A stretch of DNA of 52,081 nucleotides from a virus. Its lineage: Duplodnaviria; Caudoviricetes. The position numbers and the translations under genes are program-made. Of the stretch, positions 8,259 through 17,924 are shown piece after piece (positions within the stretch are counted from its first letter, which is position 1; each line of letters starts with the position of its first letter). Under the pieces are notes generated by a model. That model ran no database searches and had not been told where the DNA came from. It saw nothing but the letters and a program-made list of their open reading frames with translations. The DNA lies in the IMG/VR virus record IMGVR_UViG_3300031974_001518, positions 1 to 52,081 of that record; one strand, 5' to 3'.

Positions 8259-11200
8259 ATGGCAGAACAGCAGAACGAAGTCGTCGTAGAAGATATGGCG
8301 GCAACTCCTGTACAACCCGTGCAAGAACCCGTAGTAGCTCCGGTAGAAGAGCCGGTTGTAGCTCCGGTAGAACAACCTGTGGAAGACCAACAGATCGCTA
8401 TCCAGCCGGAACAGCCTGTTGTTGAGGAGGTTGCCCCCGAGCAACCCTCACAGGACTCTGTCAACTTGGGGCTACCAGAACCCGTAGATCCTGACCAAGT
8501 CCTCGCCGAAGCCCCGCCACAGCCCGTTGCGGAAGAGCCTGTCGGAGAAGCGGTTGCAACGGGGCCTTCTGCCCTCAAGCAATTCGGTTCGATGCAAGGA
8601 CCCCTCGTGCTACCACGCTCCGTAAAGGACCGTATTGCCGACGGCACTCTCACGAGCCAAGAAGAAATTCAATCCGCAATCAAAGAGATGGGTGGCCTCT
8701 ACTGGAATGGTGTGTTCCGTAAGGGTGATGACGAGGCGGATAATGCCCGTGAGAAAGCCATCATGAATGCTCGTGGTTTTGCTATCCCCACTATCGGGGA
8801 AGATGGCCGCGAAGTACTCAACAATGAAGAAGGTGCGGCAACAGCCTACAAGTATGTTCCCGGTACTGTCAAAACATTCCCCCCGAACTTCAGCCTCGAA
8901 CAGCGTCTCGCCTACATGGTAGAGACCTTCGACAATAAGTCTGGCATCTACCACTTCTTCGGTGAAGATGGCCCGATGAACCCCAACATCATCGACACGG
9001 GATACCGTAACATGATGAAGGAAGACCAGAATCCTGTTGTTGCATTCTTCTCCCGTATTGAGAGTGAGAAGGGTGGGATGGCTAACTACGAGGAACTCCT
9101 CAAGCTATCAGGCATGAAGGATTCCCAGCGTCGTACCTACCAGATGCGTCAGCAAGCTCTGTACGGTGCTCCCTTCGGTGCGATTGAGCGACAGCGTATC
9201 GGTTCCCAGTTCCAAGACACTGCGTCATTTGTCGGTAACCTCGTAACCCACACTCCTCCTGTAGTGGCAGACATCACTGCGTCCATCCCGATGTACTGGT
9301 TGCAAGCGATGGGCAAGATCAACAACTTGTTTGCGGAAGAGAAAGTTCCCTTCGGAGACGAGGGTGTTATTGAAAAGTCACGAGATGAACTCGCGAAGAT
9401 TATCGCCGGTGATGCCTACGACCCAATCGAATTTGAGTACGTAGCTGACTCCCTCTCGAAAGACCTCGGTCTACCCCTCGAGCAGGTAGAGCAACTCCTC
9501 ACGTACTCCCCAGATTTGTTGACGCAAGCAAGTCGCCTACTCGCTGAGACTGCCGTCACAGGTACAACAGTTCTCGGTGCAAGCCGCTACCTCGCGATGC
9601 GTCAGTCACAGAAACTCTCTGACTACATCATGGAGACGGCAACCGGCCGACTCGCAGATGACGGTTTCGCAACCCAACTCGGTAAATACGACCGTGGGTT
9701 TAAGCCGACCAAGCTCGAGGATGCAATCCAGATTCTCGAAGACACAGGGATGGACACCAACACCATCATCAAGAAGTTCGTCGATGAGCGTGGCGGTGGT
9801 AAGCTGTCGCGGGCATTCCTCGCAGACGGACTCGACTTCGACGCCCAAACACGGGCGATGCTACCGGGACCATTCCGTCAGAAACTCCTCGGACCCCAGA
9901 TCACGAAGCGTAACACCGAACTCACGGACGTAGAGGAAAAGCTCGAGCTCGCTATCCAAAACAAGCGCAAGCCAGCGTACATCGCGTCTCTCCGTACGAA
10001 GCGGGACAAGTTACGCACCCAACTGAAAGAGTTACGGGAAGATACCCTGTTCCCCCCGAAGGTCAAGCAATTCTTGAAGGACGAGGGAATCGCAACAGGG
10101 GCGTACGCAACAACGTACCAGTTACTCTACAACTACGGGCCTGAGGGCGACGACATGACATCGTCCCTCGGCGGGGCCCTCGGTGCAATCCTCACGACAC
10201 TCCCCGGAGTACGCCGCTCTGCGGGTGCTACGTTTGAAGACATCATGATTGGATTGACCTCGTCAGGTGAAGAGACCAAGACACGTAAGGCGGCGGCAAA
10301 GTTACGCCGGCACATAGAGAAAGCTCCTCCTGAGTTACAAGAACAGATCCTCGGTTTTGCGGAATACCGTGCAGAATTGAATGAGCGCATGGGTAGCTTC
10401 ATATTCCCTGAGGGTCATCCCCGTGCAGGACAGCGGGTATTCAACCCGAGTGATTTTGACGAAGCATTCTTCGCGATGTCTGGCCTACTCTCTATGGAAC
10501 ATCTCAAAAAGACACAACTCGGTGACACCATAGATATCCAGTCTGATGCGGGTAAGTTGTCGAAGGGGCTCGCCGACATTGAAGCGACCCTCGCACAACA
10601 GCAGGTCAAGCACCAGAGTATGGCGGAGATGTTTGATTCCCTGCGTTTCTACACCTACAGCGACTCGTACGACCCGAAGAATGATGCAGATCGTATGCTC
10701 GGTACACTGGTAGAGTCATACGACCGGATGGGGACTTCCCTCACGAAAGAAATGACAGAGATGAACCAGATCTTGGATGATCGGGAAAACCTCCTCATGA
10801 CATTCTTGTCCGGTAACCTCACTTCCGACGCGATGGGAGAGATCCTCATCGACGAGAAATCTCTGTACGACCTAATCGAAACAGACAAGATCCGGTACAT
10901 CCGTGCTTTCCGTACAGGTGTAGAGGCTGACGGACAACTCCGCACAGATGCTGAGATTATCCAAGAGTACTACGTAGACCTACAGCGTCGTGTCACTGAA
11001 GCGAGTGACCGGGCAGTACGATACAACTTCGACCCCGAAGGTAAGCAAGTTACGACAAACAAGAACTTCCTTAACTTTGTCAACCGTCGTGAAAAACAGG
11101 AGTACGACTCCGTATCTGCAATGTTTAACGACCTACGTGACAACCCAGAGTTTAGGGGTGCACGTATCGACATGACGGACATCTTCGACCAGATGCTCTT

Positions 11201-13265
11201 ACGTGGTGGGGAGGAAGACCAGATCTTTTTCGACGCACGTGCCCTGATCAACGTGACAGGGGTGCAAGAAGAAGGTACGCAAGCTTCTCGTTACCTCGCA
11301 AAATTAAATCTCGATGCCCGCTTGAACAAGGGTGTCGGTGCGATCTTCAACACTTCTGCACGTGAGTACATGAACCAAGTGGAAGAGGTTCTCGGTGCAG
11401 ATACCGTAGCTAAAATCTTCGAGGAGGCGGACCTACCCGAAGGTGCATCGCCTATCGACCAGTTCATCGAGCTACGCCGACACATCCAAGACAACTACAA
11501 AGGTCTCATGGACCCTGAGGACTACGCCCGTATCGAGCCACGCCTCGGCCTCGACCCCACATCTTTCATGCACCTCACGTCTGCTATCGGGGCAACAGCC
11601 GCCGAGAAGGCCGCAGGATTTAAACCGGGTGCTCGGACAGCGGCGATGCTACGGGAAGAGCTACTTGCACAAGCAGAGACGGGCTTCTTCCTCGACTTCT
11701 ACAACCCGGCGGCTAAAGAACCTCTCGACGGATGGTCAGACGCATACTCTGCGGCACGTACGGCGTACAAACAGCGGTACATCAAGCCTTTCCGTGAGAT
11801 GTCACCCCGTATCAAGGCCATTGTCCGTAGTGATGAAGACCTCCCGATGCCAGAAGCATTCAACCGTTTCCTCACGGAGATGGGTGTGAAGCCAGACGCC
11901 AATGCGGCAGACCTCCGGGAAGGTGTCAACAACGCCCTCGAGTTACTCACGGGTGGTAAGCCCCTCGACGTCACAACCCCAGAAGGCAAGGAGATCCGTA
12001 ACCTCTTCACAATGTACGTACAAGAAGAACTTGCGCGTACTGCGGGTAGCGGTAAGCTACGTGAACTATTGCTCGGGATCAGGAGAGACGGTACGAGCGT
12101 ACTTCCCTCCACGATGATTGTACCGGAGAAAGCGGAAGAAATCGAACGTGCTCTCCGCCAAGGGACTACGGCAACAACTTCCGGGCGACTCGAGCTATTC
12201 CTCAAGCCAGATGGTCGAGGCAACTTTATGTTCCGTGACGTGAACGGCCAACCCATCATTGATCCTACCGTTGTCGACTCCATCGACTTCGATGCAGGCA
12301 TGGTGGTAGACAAGCGTTTCCGGGATGCCCTGATCGAATTCAAGCGTGGCTTAGAGGAAGATGCGCGTAAACTACGTGAGGCGATGGACGACTTCACAAC
12401 AAAAGAAGGCCAAGAAATTGCTACCCGTAAGAACTTCGTAGAAAGATTCAAGGGATACAGTGGTGGTATTGGGGAAGGTATCGTCGAGGAGACTCTCAAG
12501 GAGGGTGGCCTACGTCGAATCTCCCAGATGCGTGAAGACTACGTTGCAGAGCAGGTTGCGCGGGGTGTAGACCGTCAGGTTGCGGTAGATGCCTTTGATC
12601 AAGTCAAGGAACAGGCAGTTATCGACTACCTCTTCAGCAAGGTAACGAAGGCGGGAGCCCAGCGAGCTTACCGTGAGATTGACGAGGAAACAGGTGAAGT
12701 TATATCTGTCGTACAGCAGGGTACGCAAATCGATGCGAACTCCCTACTCCAAGTCCTCGGTTTGAATGGTGACCGTGTATCTCGCACACGCCAAGAAACT
12801 CTCATCCGTGAGCTACTCGGTAACGAAACCTACGAACACCTTCAGATGATTGGTACGGACTTATTCACGGTGGATGTGAAGACAGGCGACATCAACGTGA
12901 AGGGCATCGCTCTTCCTCTGTCTGCTGAGTCTCTCCTTTCCCGTGGTACGTCCTTCATGCGTGGCGTAATCTCGATGCGGTGGCTTATCTCTGAAGCGGC
13001 TATCCGTAACGCCCGACTAAACAACCTCGAACTCACGAAGATGATGCTCTTCAACCCTAAGGTAGGTCGAGAGGTTCTCAAGATGATCAAGGCGAAGGAC
13101 TTCAAGATGGATTCTGAGGCAGAGTGGGTACGTGTACTCATCTCCCAGATGGCGAAGAACCAAGCCCTCCAGCAATACGAGGCTGACCAACAAGAGCCTC
13201 AACAGAATCAACAGCCAGCGGCGGTTGACGCACAAATGCAAAACTTAATCCCTCAAGGAGCTTAA
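8259..13265 (+). CDS. Very large putative internal virion / DNA ejection protein
   Basis: 1668 aa, the largest ORF; P/V/E/Q-rich repetitive N-terminus; last large gene of the structural arm. Confidence 0.6.
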   Translation: MAEQQNEVVVEDMAATPVQPVQEPVVAPVEEPVVAPVEQPVEDQQIAIQPEQPVVEEVAPEQPSQDSVNLGLPEPVDPDQVLAEAPPQPVAEEPVGEAVATGPSALKQFGSMQGPLVLPRSVKDRIADGTLTSQEEIQSAIKEMGGLYWNGVFRKGDDEADNAREKAIMNARGFAIPTIGEDGREVLNNEEGAATAYKYVPGTVKTFPPNFSLEQRLAYMVETFDNKSGIYHFFGEDGPMNPNIIDTGYRNMMKEDQNPVVAFFSRIESEKGGMANYEELLKLSGMKDSQRRTYQMRQQALYGAPFGAIERQRIGSQFQDTASFVGNLVTHTPPVVADITASIPMYWLQAMGKINNLFAEEKVPFGDEGVIEKSRDELAKIIAGDAYDPIEFEYVADSLSKDLGLPLEQVEQLLTYSPDLLTQASRLLAETAVTGTTVLGASRYLAMRQSQKLSDYIMETATGRLADDGFATQLGKYDRGFKPTKLEDAIQILEDTGMDTNTIIKKFVDERGGGKLSRAFLADGLDFDAQTRAMLPGPFRQKLLGPQITKRNTELTDVEEKLELAIQNKRKPAYIASLRTKRDKLRTQLKELREDTLFPPKVKQFLKDEGIATGAYATTYQLLYNYGPEGDDMTSSLGGALGAILTTLPGVRRSAGATFEDIMIGLTSSGEETKTRKAAAKLRRHIEKAPPELQEQILGFAEYRAELNERMGSFIFPEGHPRAGQRVFNPSDFDEAFFAMSGLLSMEHLKKTQLGDTIDIQSDAGKLSKGLADIEATLAQQQVKHQSMAEMFDSLRFYTYSDSYDPKNDADRMLGTLVESYDRMGTSLTKEMTEMNQILDDRENLLMTFLSGNLTSDAMGEILIDEKSLYDLIETDKIRYIRAFRTGVEADGQLRTDAEIIQEYYVDLQRRVTEASDRAVRYNFDPEGKQVTTNKNFLNFVNRREKQEYDSVSAMFNDLRDNPEFRGARIDMTDIFDQMLLRGGEEDQIFFDARALINVTGVQEEGTQASRYLAKLNLDARLNKGVGAIFNTSAREYMNQVEEVLGADTVAKIFEEADLPEGASPIDQFIELRRHIQDNYKGLMDPEDYARIEPRLGLDPTSFMHLTSAIGATAAEKAAGFKPGARTAAMLREELLAQAETGFFLDFYNPAAKEPLDGWSDAYSAARTAYKQRYIKPFREMSPRIKAIVRSDEDLPMPEAFNRFLTEMGVKPDANAADLREGVNNALELLTGGKPLDVTTPEGKEIRNLFTMYVQEELARTAGSGKLRELLLGIRRDGTSVLPSTMIVPEKAEEIERALRQGTTATTSGRLELFLKPDGRGNFMFRDVNGQPIIDPTVVDSIDFDAGMVVDKRFRDALIEFKRGLEEDARKLREAMDDFTTKEGQEIATRKNFVERFKGYSGGIGEGIVEETLKEGGLRRISQMREDYVAEQVARGVDRQVAVDAFDQVKEQAVIDYLFSKVTKAGAQRAYREIDEETGEVISVVQQGTQIDANSLLQVLGLNGDRVSRTRQETLIRELLGNETYEHLQMIGTDLFTVDVKTGDINVKGIALPLSAESLLSRGTSFMRGVISMRWLISEAAIRNARLNNLELTKMMLFNPKVGREVLKMIKAKDFKMDSEAEWVRVLISQMAKNQALQQYEADQQEPQQNQQPAAVDAQMQNLIPQGA
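8307..8385 (+). repeat. Coding tandem repeat (PVVAPVEE / PVVAPVEQ, 24-nt period)
   Basis: GTAGCTCCGGTAGAA occurs twice 24 nt apart within a PVQ/PVE-rich stretch. Confidence 0.7.
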
Positions 13266-13268
13266 CCC

Positions 13269-13640
13269 ATGAAAACTAAAATGTACTCAAACCAGCCGCG
13301 CAAGCCTATGATGTATGGCGGCGACTCACGTAAGAAGATGCAAAGTGGCGGCGATGCGATGGCGAATGCCGAAACACAGTCACGTGTAGCTACAGGTCAA
13401 GCCACGGCTAAAGACAAGGAAGCAATGCAACAGCAACGCCGAGAAGACTTACAACGCGAGATTAAGAAAGCAAAAGAAGATGGAGATAAGGCGGCAATCC
13501 AACGCTTTATGAAAGCTTCCAGTTCTCCAAAGGGAGATGGCCCGATAATCAAGGGAATTCTACAGGAAATGGGCATGGCGGAAAGAGCACCTGCACCACA
13601 GGAAACATCAGGAATGATGTATGGCGGGAAGGCGAAGTAA
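13269..13640 (+). CDS. Small basic protein with repeated M-x-x-GG motifs
   Basis: AAGGAG Shine-Dalgarno; MMYGG, MQSGG and MMYGG motifs. Confidence 0.65.
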   Translation: MKTKMYSNQPRKPMMYGGDSRKKMQSGGDAMANAETQSRVATGQATAKDKEAMQQQRREDLQREIKKAKEDGDKAAIQRFMKASSSPKGDGPIIKGILQEMGMAERAPAPQETSGMMYGGKAK

Positions 13641-13641
13641 G

Positions 13642-13794
13642 ATGAAAGATCTCAAGGCTGTACCGGAAGACAACAAGGGACTGGGTAAGTTACCGAAGGA
13701 CGTCCGCAATCGAATGGGTTACATGAAAAAAGGGGGGAAGGCTATGAAAGAGTATAGTACCCCCAACCGTAAGCCGGCGATGGGTAGCGACTAG
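13642..13794 (+). CDS. Small basic protein (50 aa; not in the ORF track)
   Basis: MKDLKAVPEDNKGLGKLPKDVRNRMGYMKKGGKAMKEYSTPNRKPAMGSD*, starting 1 nt after the previous stop. Confidence 0.6.
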   Translation: MKDLKAVPEDNKGLGKLPKDVRNRMGYMKKGGKAMKEYSTPNRKPAMGSD

Positions 13795-13833
13795 GTTACA
13801 CAACAATAAAAAAGTTATAACTCTAAGAACCTT

Positions 13834-13861
13834 GCCCCGGACTAATCTCCGGGGTTTTTTT
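13834..13861 (+). terminator. Intrinsic terminator ending the structural arm where the two arms converge
   Basis: CCCCGGA-ctaatc-TCCGGGG followed by T7. Confidence 0.8.
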
Positions 13862-14066
13862 ATGCCCGCTCTTCTCTGACTTTATCTTGCAATGTTCGGA
13901 AGTAGTGTCGCACAATATTGCCGATGGTATATCCGTAATTCGGGTCGCCAAGTTTACGTAATTCCCGTTCGAGGCTAGGAGTGTCAACACAGTCAAGATT
14001 AAATTCGACATTTCCGTCCCTATTCAATTCGATGTTAAAACTGAGGAGTCTTGCTTTATTTTCCAT
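13860..14066 (-). CDS. Hypothetical protein
   Basis: 68 aa; last gene of the minus-strand arm. Confidence 0.55.
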   Translation of the reverse strand: MENKARLLSFNIELNRDGNVEFNLDCVDTPSLERELRKLGDPNYGYTIGNIVRHYFRTLQDKVREERA

Positions 14067-14524
14067 AAGTCACTTATCGGTAGGTTGTAGCAATCTGCTT
14101 TGAAAGTAAATCCGTTGCTCTCGTCCCGTTCGCCCTTCTTGTGTCGTACAGCTTTCTCGAAGTACTCATCTTTTGAAATCCTACCAAGTATCCACGCTTT
14201 ACGCAAGTTATTTAACACCCGCACGAAGATATATTCATCACATTCTTGCTTGGTACCGTGGGCGGCGATACTACACTCATAGTATTGCTTGGGAGCAGAC
14301 GTACACCGCTTGGTCTTCACATCGATTCTGGTGCCTTGACTATTGTACAAGTCATAGTGAGGGGTAGGGGCGTGTTTATAATCCAAGTAGTCTCGTATGA
14401 GGATCTCACCGAGAAAGCCGGCTGGACCGCCGGCACCCCGTGTGATACTACCTTGGAGCCCCGTCGAGCTCCCCTGTAGTCGTGCTTCTTTTATTTGTGC
14501 GTCAGTGGGCGTTATCTCGATCAT
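14024..14524 (-). CDS. Putative PD-(D/E)XK nuclease-fold protein
   Basis: GFLGE...YDLY...RIDVKTK...DEYIFVRV resembles a restriction-endonuclease-like fold. Confidence 0.5.
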   Translation of the reverse strand: MIEITPTDAQIKEARLQGSSTGLQGSITRGAGGPAGFLGEILIRDYLDYKHAPTPHYDLYNSQGTRIDVKTKRCTSAPKQYYECSIAAHGTKQECDEYIFVRVLNNLRKAWILGRISKDEYFEKAVRHKKGERDESNGFTFKADCYNLPISDLWKIKQDSSVLTSN

Positions 14525-14678
14525 AGTCTCTCCGGAAACGTAGTTTGTTCCGTAGATCGTATATCATCTTGTGAGCATCTGCAAGGACTTGCTTGTTACC
14601 CAACGTAGGGTTTAACTCACACGCTTCCATCTGTAACTTGAGCCGGTCCAACATCTTCTGAACACGTGCGTCTGTCAT
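14502..14678 (-). CDS. Hypothetical protein
   Basis: MTDARVQKMLDRLKLQ...; ATG overlaps the nrdB stop codon. Confidence 0.45.
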   Translation of the reverse strand: MTDARVQKMLDRLKLQMEACELNPTLGNKQVLADAHKMIYDLRNKLRFRRDYDRDNAH

Positions 14679-15634
14679 GCGGCCTCCCAACCAAAGTCAC
14701 CTGCCATCCCATTCGCATTGTAGTCCGTCACAGTGCCCTCAAAGAAGTTCTTGTGACTCGCCCCATTGATTACCCAGTCGAGCCACTCTACGGGGTTCTC
14801 CTTGACCTTCCAGTTACCCTTCAAGCCGAGCATGATGAGACGACGGTCTGCTAGGTATCGGATGTACTGCTTAATTTCTTCCGCACTAACTCCTTCAATC
14901 TCTCCCATCTCGTACGCATTGTCGATAACTTTGTCTTCGAGAGCGACACCACCTCGGAACATTTCGTAGATATCTTTTTTAAATTCATCTGTAACAATTC
15001 GAGGATGTTCATCACAAAACTCCCTAAATAACTTGACCATACCTTCGCAGTGCATACTCTCATCTCGTATGCTCCACTCGACAATCTCACACATGCCCCG
15101 CATCTTACCAAACCGCTGGTAGTTCAGGAGCATCGCAAACGCACTGAAGAGGCTCATACCCTCATTCATGACAGAGCGAGCAATAGCCTTCGCAATCCCT
15201 GCGTGGGAGTGCATGTCAATCTCGCCCATGTAGTCTACCTTGTCTGCCATCGCTTTGTACTCGCGGAAGGCTGAGAACTCTGACTCCGGTAACCCGAGGG
15301 TGTCATTGAGCAGGGCGTAGCTACGCTGGTGGACGAATTCTCTATTGGCGAATGACGTGAGCATCGCACGAATCTCATTGTTCTTCAGTTTCGGGATGTA
15401 GTACTCGAGGTAGTTCGTTCCTACCTGTACATCTGACTGGGTAAACAACTTGAGTATCTGAGTGATGTGGTGCTTCTCCTGTGCCGAGAGCTTGCCCCCT
15501 TGCCACTGTGCCACATCCTCTTGCAGTTTTGCCTCCCATTCTCCCCAGTGGACCTTCTCATGAGAAACTGCGTACTCGACAGCCCACGGATACTTGAATG
15601 GTTTATAAACCTTTGATTCTTCTAGTAAAGACAT
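14675..15634 (-). CDS. nrdB: Ribonucleotide reductase class Ia beta subunit
   Basis: Di-iron ligands in EFVHQRSY, EGMSLFSAF and DESMH; C-terminal NFFEGTVTDY. Confidence 0.93.
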   Translation of the reverse strand: MSLLEESKVYKPFKYPWAVEYAVSHEKVHWGEWEAKLQEDVAQWQGGKLSAQEKHHITQILKLFTQSDVQVGTNYLEYYIPKLKNNEIRAMLTSFANREFVHQRSYALLNDTLGLPESEFSAFREYKAMADKVDYMGEIDMHSHAGIAKAIARSVMNEGMSLFSAFAMLLNYQRFGKMRGMCEIVEWSIRDESMHCEGMVKLFREFCDEHPRIVTDEFKKDIYEMFRGGVALEDKVIDNAYEMGEIEGVSAEEIKQYIRYLADRRLIMLGLKGNWKVKENPVEWLDWVINGASHKNFFEGTVTDYNANGMAGDFGWEAA

Positions 15635-15659
15635 CGTAAGTCCTTGTTTTTGTTAGTGG

Positions 15660-15682
15660 AAAAAAAGGCCCCTTTCGGGGCC
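15660..15682 (-). terminator. Intrinsic terminator immediately upstream of nrdB
   Basis: Minus strand GGCCCC-GAAA-GGGGCC-TTTTTTT. Confidence 0.8.
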
Positions 15683-15736
15683 ACAAAACGCCGGGGATCA
15701 ATCCGGCTTAGGGAGAAAACTCACATCCCAGTACCT

Positions 15737-15765
15737 ATGTTAAGACTTCCCCTCGAGGTCGTCAA
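15737..15765 (-). promoter_or_regulatory. Sigma70-like promoter
   Basis: Minus strand TTGACG-17 nt-TAACAT. Confidence 0.6.
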
Positions 15766-15895
15766 GCTGTTTCAATTTAATTTCGAGTTGTAATAGCTTC
15801 CAATTGAGATCATCAGCCTTGTCAAATTTTCTCTTGACCGAAGCTTTCAAGATCCGGTGGTAAAGCTTTAGCATTTTCTTCCGTAGTTTGTGCAT
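15740..15895 (-). CDS. Small basic coiled-coil protein (51 aa; not in the ORF track)
   Basis: MHKLRKKMLKLYHRILKASVKRKFDKADDLNWKLLQLEIKLKQLDDLEGKS*. Confidence 0.4.
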   Translation of the reverse strand: MHKLRKKMLKLYHRILKASVKRKFDKADDLNWKLLQLEIKLKQLDDLEGKS

Positions 15896-16016
15896 CACCA
15901 AATATCCTTTCCCAGTTATCGTTGTACTTTTTCTTATCCATCGGGCGAAGAGCAGAGCCTTTCCCGGCGTTAGTCCTCGTCATCTCCCTGTATCTCTTGT
16001 CTGTCTTCGTTGTCAT
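15822..16016 (-). CDS. Hypothetical protein
   Basis: GKGS..RP.D.KKY..NWERIF motif, common in small phage proteins; GGAG Shine-Dalgarno. Confidence 0.55.
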   Translation of the reverse strand: MTTKTDKRYREMTRTNAGKGSALRPMDKKKYNDNWERIFGDAQTTEENAKALPPDLESFGQEKI

Positions 16017-16191
16017 CCAAGTCTCCGTTTAGTTGGTCGTACATATCCATCATACCACTGTAGCACATCGGGCAGAGGCTAAAGGGGATGATCCCGATGT
16101 AGCCTTGTACTCCGCCCTCAGACTCCATGTCAAACTCACAGTGGCAGATACTGCACTTGTTGTCAGGTTCTAGCCGTGACATGACAAGCAC
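15970..16191 (-). CDS. Small zinc-binding protein
   Basis: CSIC...LCPMC pair and an acidic tail. Confidence 0.55.
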   Translation of the reverse strand: MLVMSRLEPDNKCSICHCEFDMESEGGVQGYIGIIPFSLCPMCYSGMMDMYDQLNGDLDDNEDRQEIQGDDED

Positions 16192-17924
16192 TCTTCCGCG
16201 TCTTGTAGAGCCACTCTTTCAACTGCGACTCCAACTTTGTCTGCCTCGACACCCGCATCTGTGCGGAGGTAATAAAGGGATTTGAGTTTAGACTTCCATG
16301 CGCGAAGGTGTACCGAGTTAACATAAGACGCCGGCGAACCAGCAGGGAAAAATAGATTGACGGATTGTGCTTGGCAAACGTAGGGTTGTCGATCACCCGC
16401 GTGGTCAACGACGGCCCCTTGATCGATTTCATATGCAGTTTTAAAAACGTCCCTCTGTTCATCCGACAGAAACTCCAAGTGCTGAGCAGAGCCTTGAGCA
16501 TTAACGATGCTTTTCCACGTTTCTTGATCATTCTTTCCGAGAGCATCTAAGACCTCCTCGAGGTTCGGGTTCTTGACGAGGTGAGCACCCGCACGAGTAC
16601 GATGGGTATAAGCATTAGACTTAATAGGCTCAATGCTAGCACTACACCCGCAGAGAATAGAAGAATTAGCGTTTGGAGCGATAGCGAGAAGGTGAGCGTT
16701 CCTAAGTCCCGTACCAGCCATGTCAGGTGCCTCACCCTTCTCTTTGCCAAGACGCAAACTTTCCTCATGAGCCTTTGCGTGTATGTCGGCAAATATCCTT
16801 TGGTTCGCAAACTTCGCGCCGAGGCCCTCCCACGAGATACCATTCTGCTGTAAATACCCATGCCAACCCATCGCTCCTAAGCCGATTGATCTTTCCCGTT
16901 TAGCTGAGTAAACAGCTTTTGATAACTCTGGCGGTGCATTTCGGATAAAGAATTCAAGGACGTTGTCCAAGAATCGCACAAGGTCTGCAACCATTCCTGT
17001 TCCTTTCCACTCGTCGTACTTTTCGAGGTTGACTGAGGAGAGACAACAGACTGCCGTGCGTTCTTCAGATGTAGGGAGAGTGATCTCAGAGCAAAGGTTA
17101 GAGCCTCTAACTGCGAGTCCAAGTGCTTTTTGAGTATCTGGTAACTGTCGGTTGGATTCGTCGATGAAGTGGAGATAAGGAGACCCAGTTCTGAAACGAG
17201 CTTCGAGTATTCTTTGCCACAGTTCTCTAGCTGGGATTGAATCTCGGACATCTCCTTCATTAGGGTCTCGTAATTGCCATTCTGTTCCATGTTCTACTGC
17301 CTCCATAAAAGCATCTGTAATGTTTACGGCGTTAAACAGGTTAAGACACTTCCTGTTGGTATCGCCAGTGGGTACTTTAAAGTTGAGAAACTCGATGATG
17401 TCTGGGTGAGACACGTCGAGGTATGCGGCGTACGATCCCTTGCGGGTACGCCCTTGCTTCCAAGCTGTCATACCGGAGTCGACAACTTTCATGAAAGGGA
17501 TGGGTCCCGGTGCTTTATCCGAGATGCCACGTACGTCAGACCAGTGTCCCCCGACACCTCCGCCCTTCACGGAGAGCCAAGCAACCTCACTATTATGATG
17601 GATAAGGGACTCAAGATTATCGCCAACGTAAGTAAGGAAGCAACTAATGGGCAATCCTTTGGGGTCATCCCCCAGTCTCGGAGCATTACTAAGAACAGGA
17701 CTAGCAAACATAAACCAACGCTGACTTGCATAGTCGTATATACGTTGAGCAAATCCATAATCACCCTCACAATAAGCCAAAGCCGCACGAGCAAATGCCT
17801 CTTGGGGGCTCGACTCGTCAGGCAACATGTAGTAGTCCGTGAGTAACTTCAGGGCCTGTGCCGAAAAGTTCTCATCGCGGTCGTAATCAATCGCAATCTT
17901 GTTGCAGTACATGTGTTCCATCAT
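16170..17924 (-). CDS. nrdA: Ribonucleotide reductase class Ia alpha subunit (no ATP cone evident)
   Basis: PISCF, GSNLCSEI, VCCLSS, AIAPNANSS and KSLYYLR motifs; C-terminal CLSCHG. Confidence 0.93.
   Translation of the reverse strand: MMEHMYCNKIAIDYDRDENFSAQALKLLTDYYMLPDESSPQEAFARAALAYCEGDYGFAQRIYDYASQRWFMFASPVLSNAPRLGDDPKGLPISCFLTYVGDNLESLIHHNSEVAWLSVKGGGVGGHWSDVRGISDKAPGPIPFMKVVDSGMTAWKQGRTRKGSYAAYLDVSHPDIIEFLNFKVPTGDTNRKCLNLFNAVNITDAFMEAVEHGTEWQLRDPNEGDVRDSIPARELWQRILEARFRTGSPYLHFIDESNRQLPDTQKALGLAVRGSNLCSEITLPTSEERTAVCCLSSVNLEKYDEWKGTGMVADLVRFLDNVLEFFIRNAPPELSKAVYSAKRERSIGLGAMGWHGYLQQNGISWEGLGAKFANQRIFADIHAKAHEESLRLGKEKGEAPDMAGTGLRNAHLLAIAPNANSSILCGCSASIEPIKSNAYTHRTRAGAHLVKNPNLEEVLDALGKNDQETWKSIVNAQGSAQHLEFLSDEQRDVFKTAYEIDQGAVVDHAGDRQPYVCQAQSVNLFFPAGSPASYVNSVHLRAWKSKLKSLYYLRTDAGVEADKVGVAVERVALQDAEECLSCHG

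Noticed and set aside
11699-12499. Long antisense ORFs (also 4847-5590, 23919-24617, 39310-39996)
   Set aside because: These are shadow frames opposite well-supported genes and are expected from codon bias.
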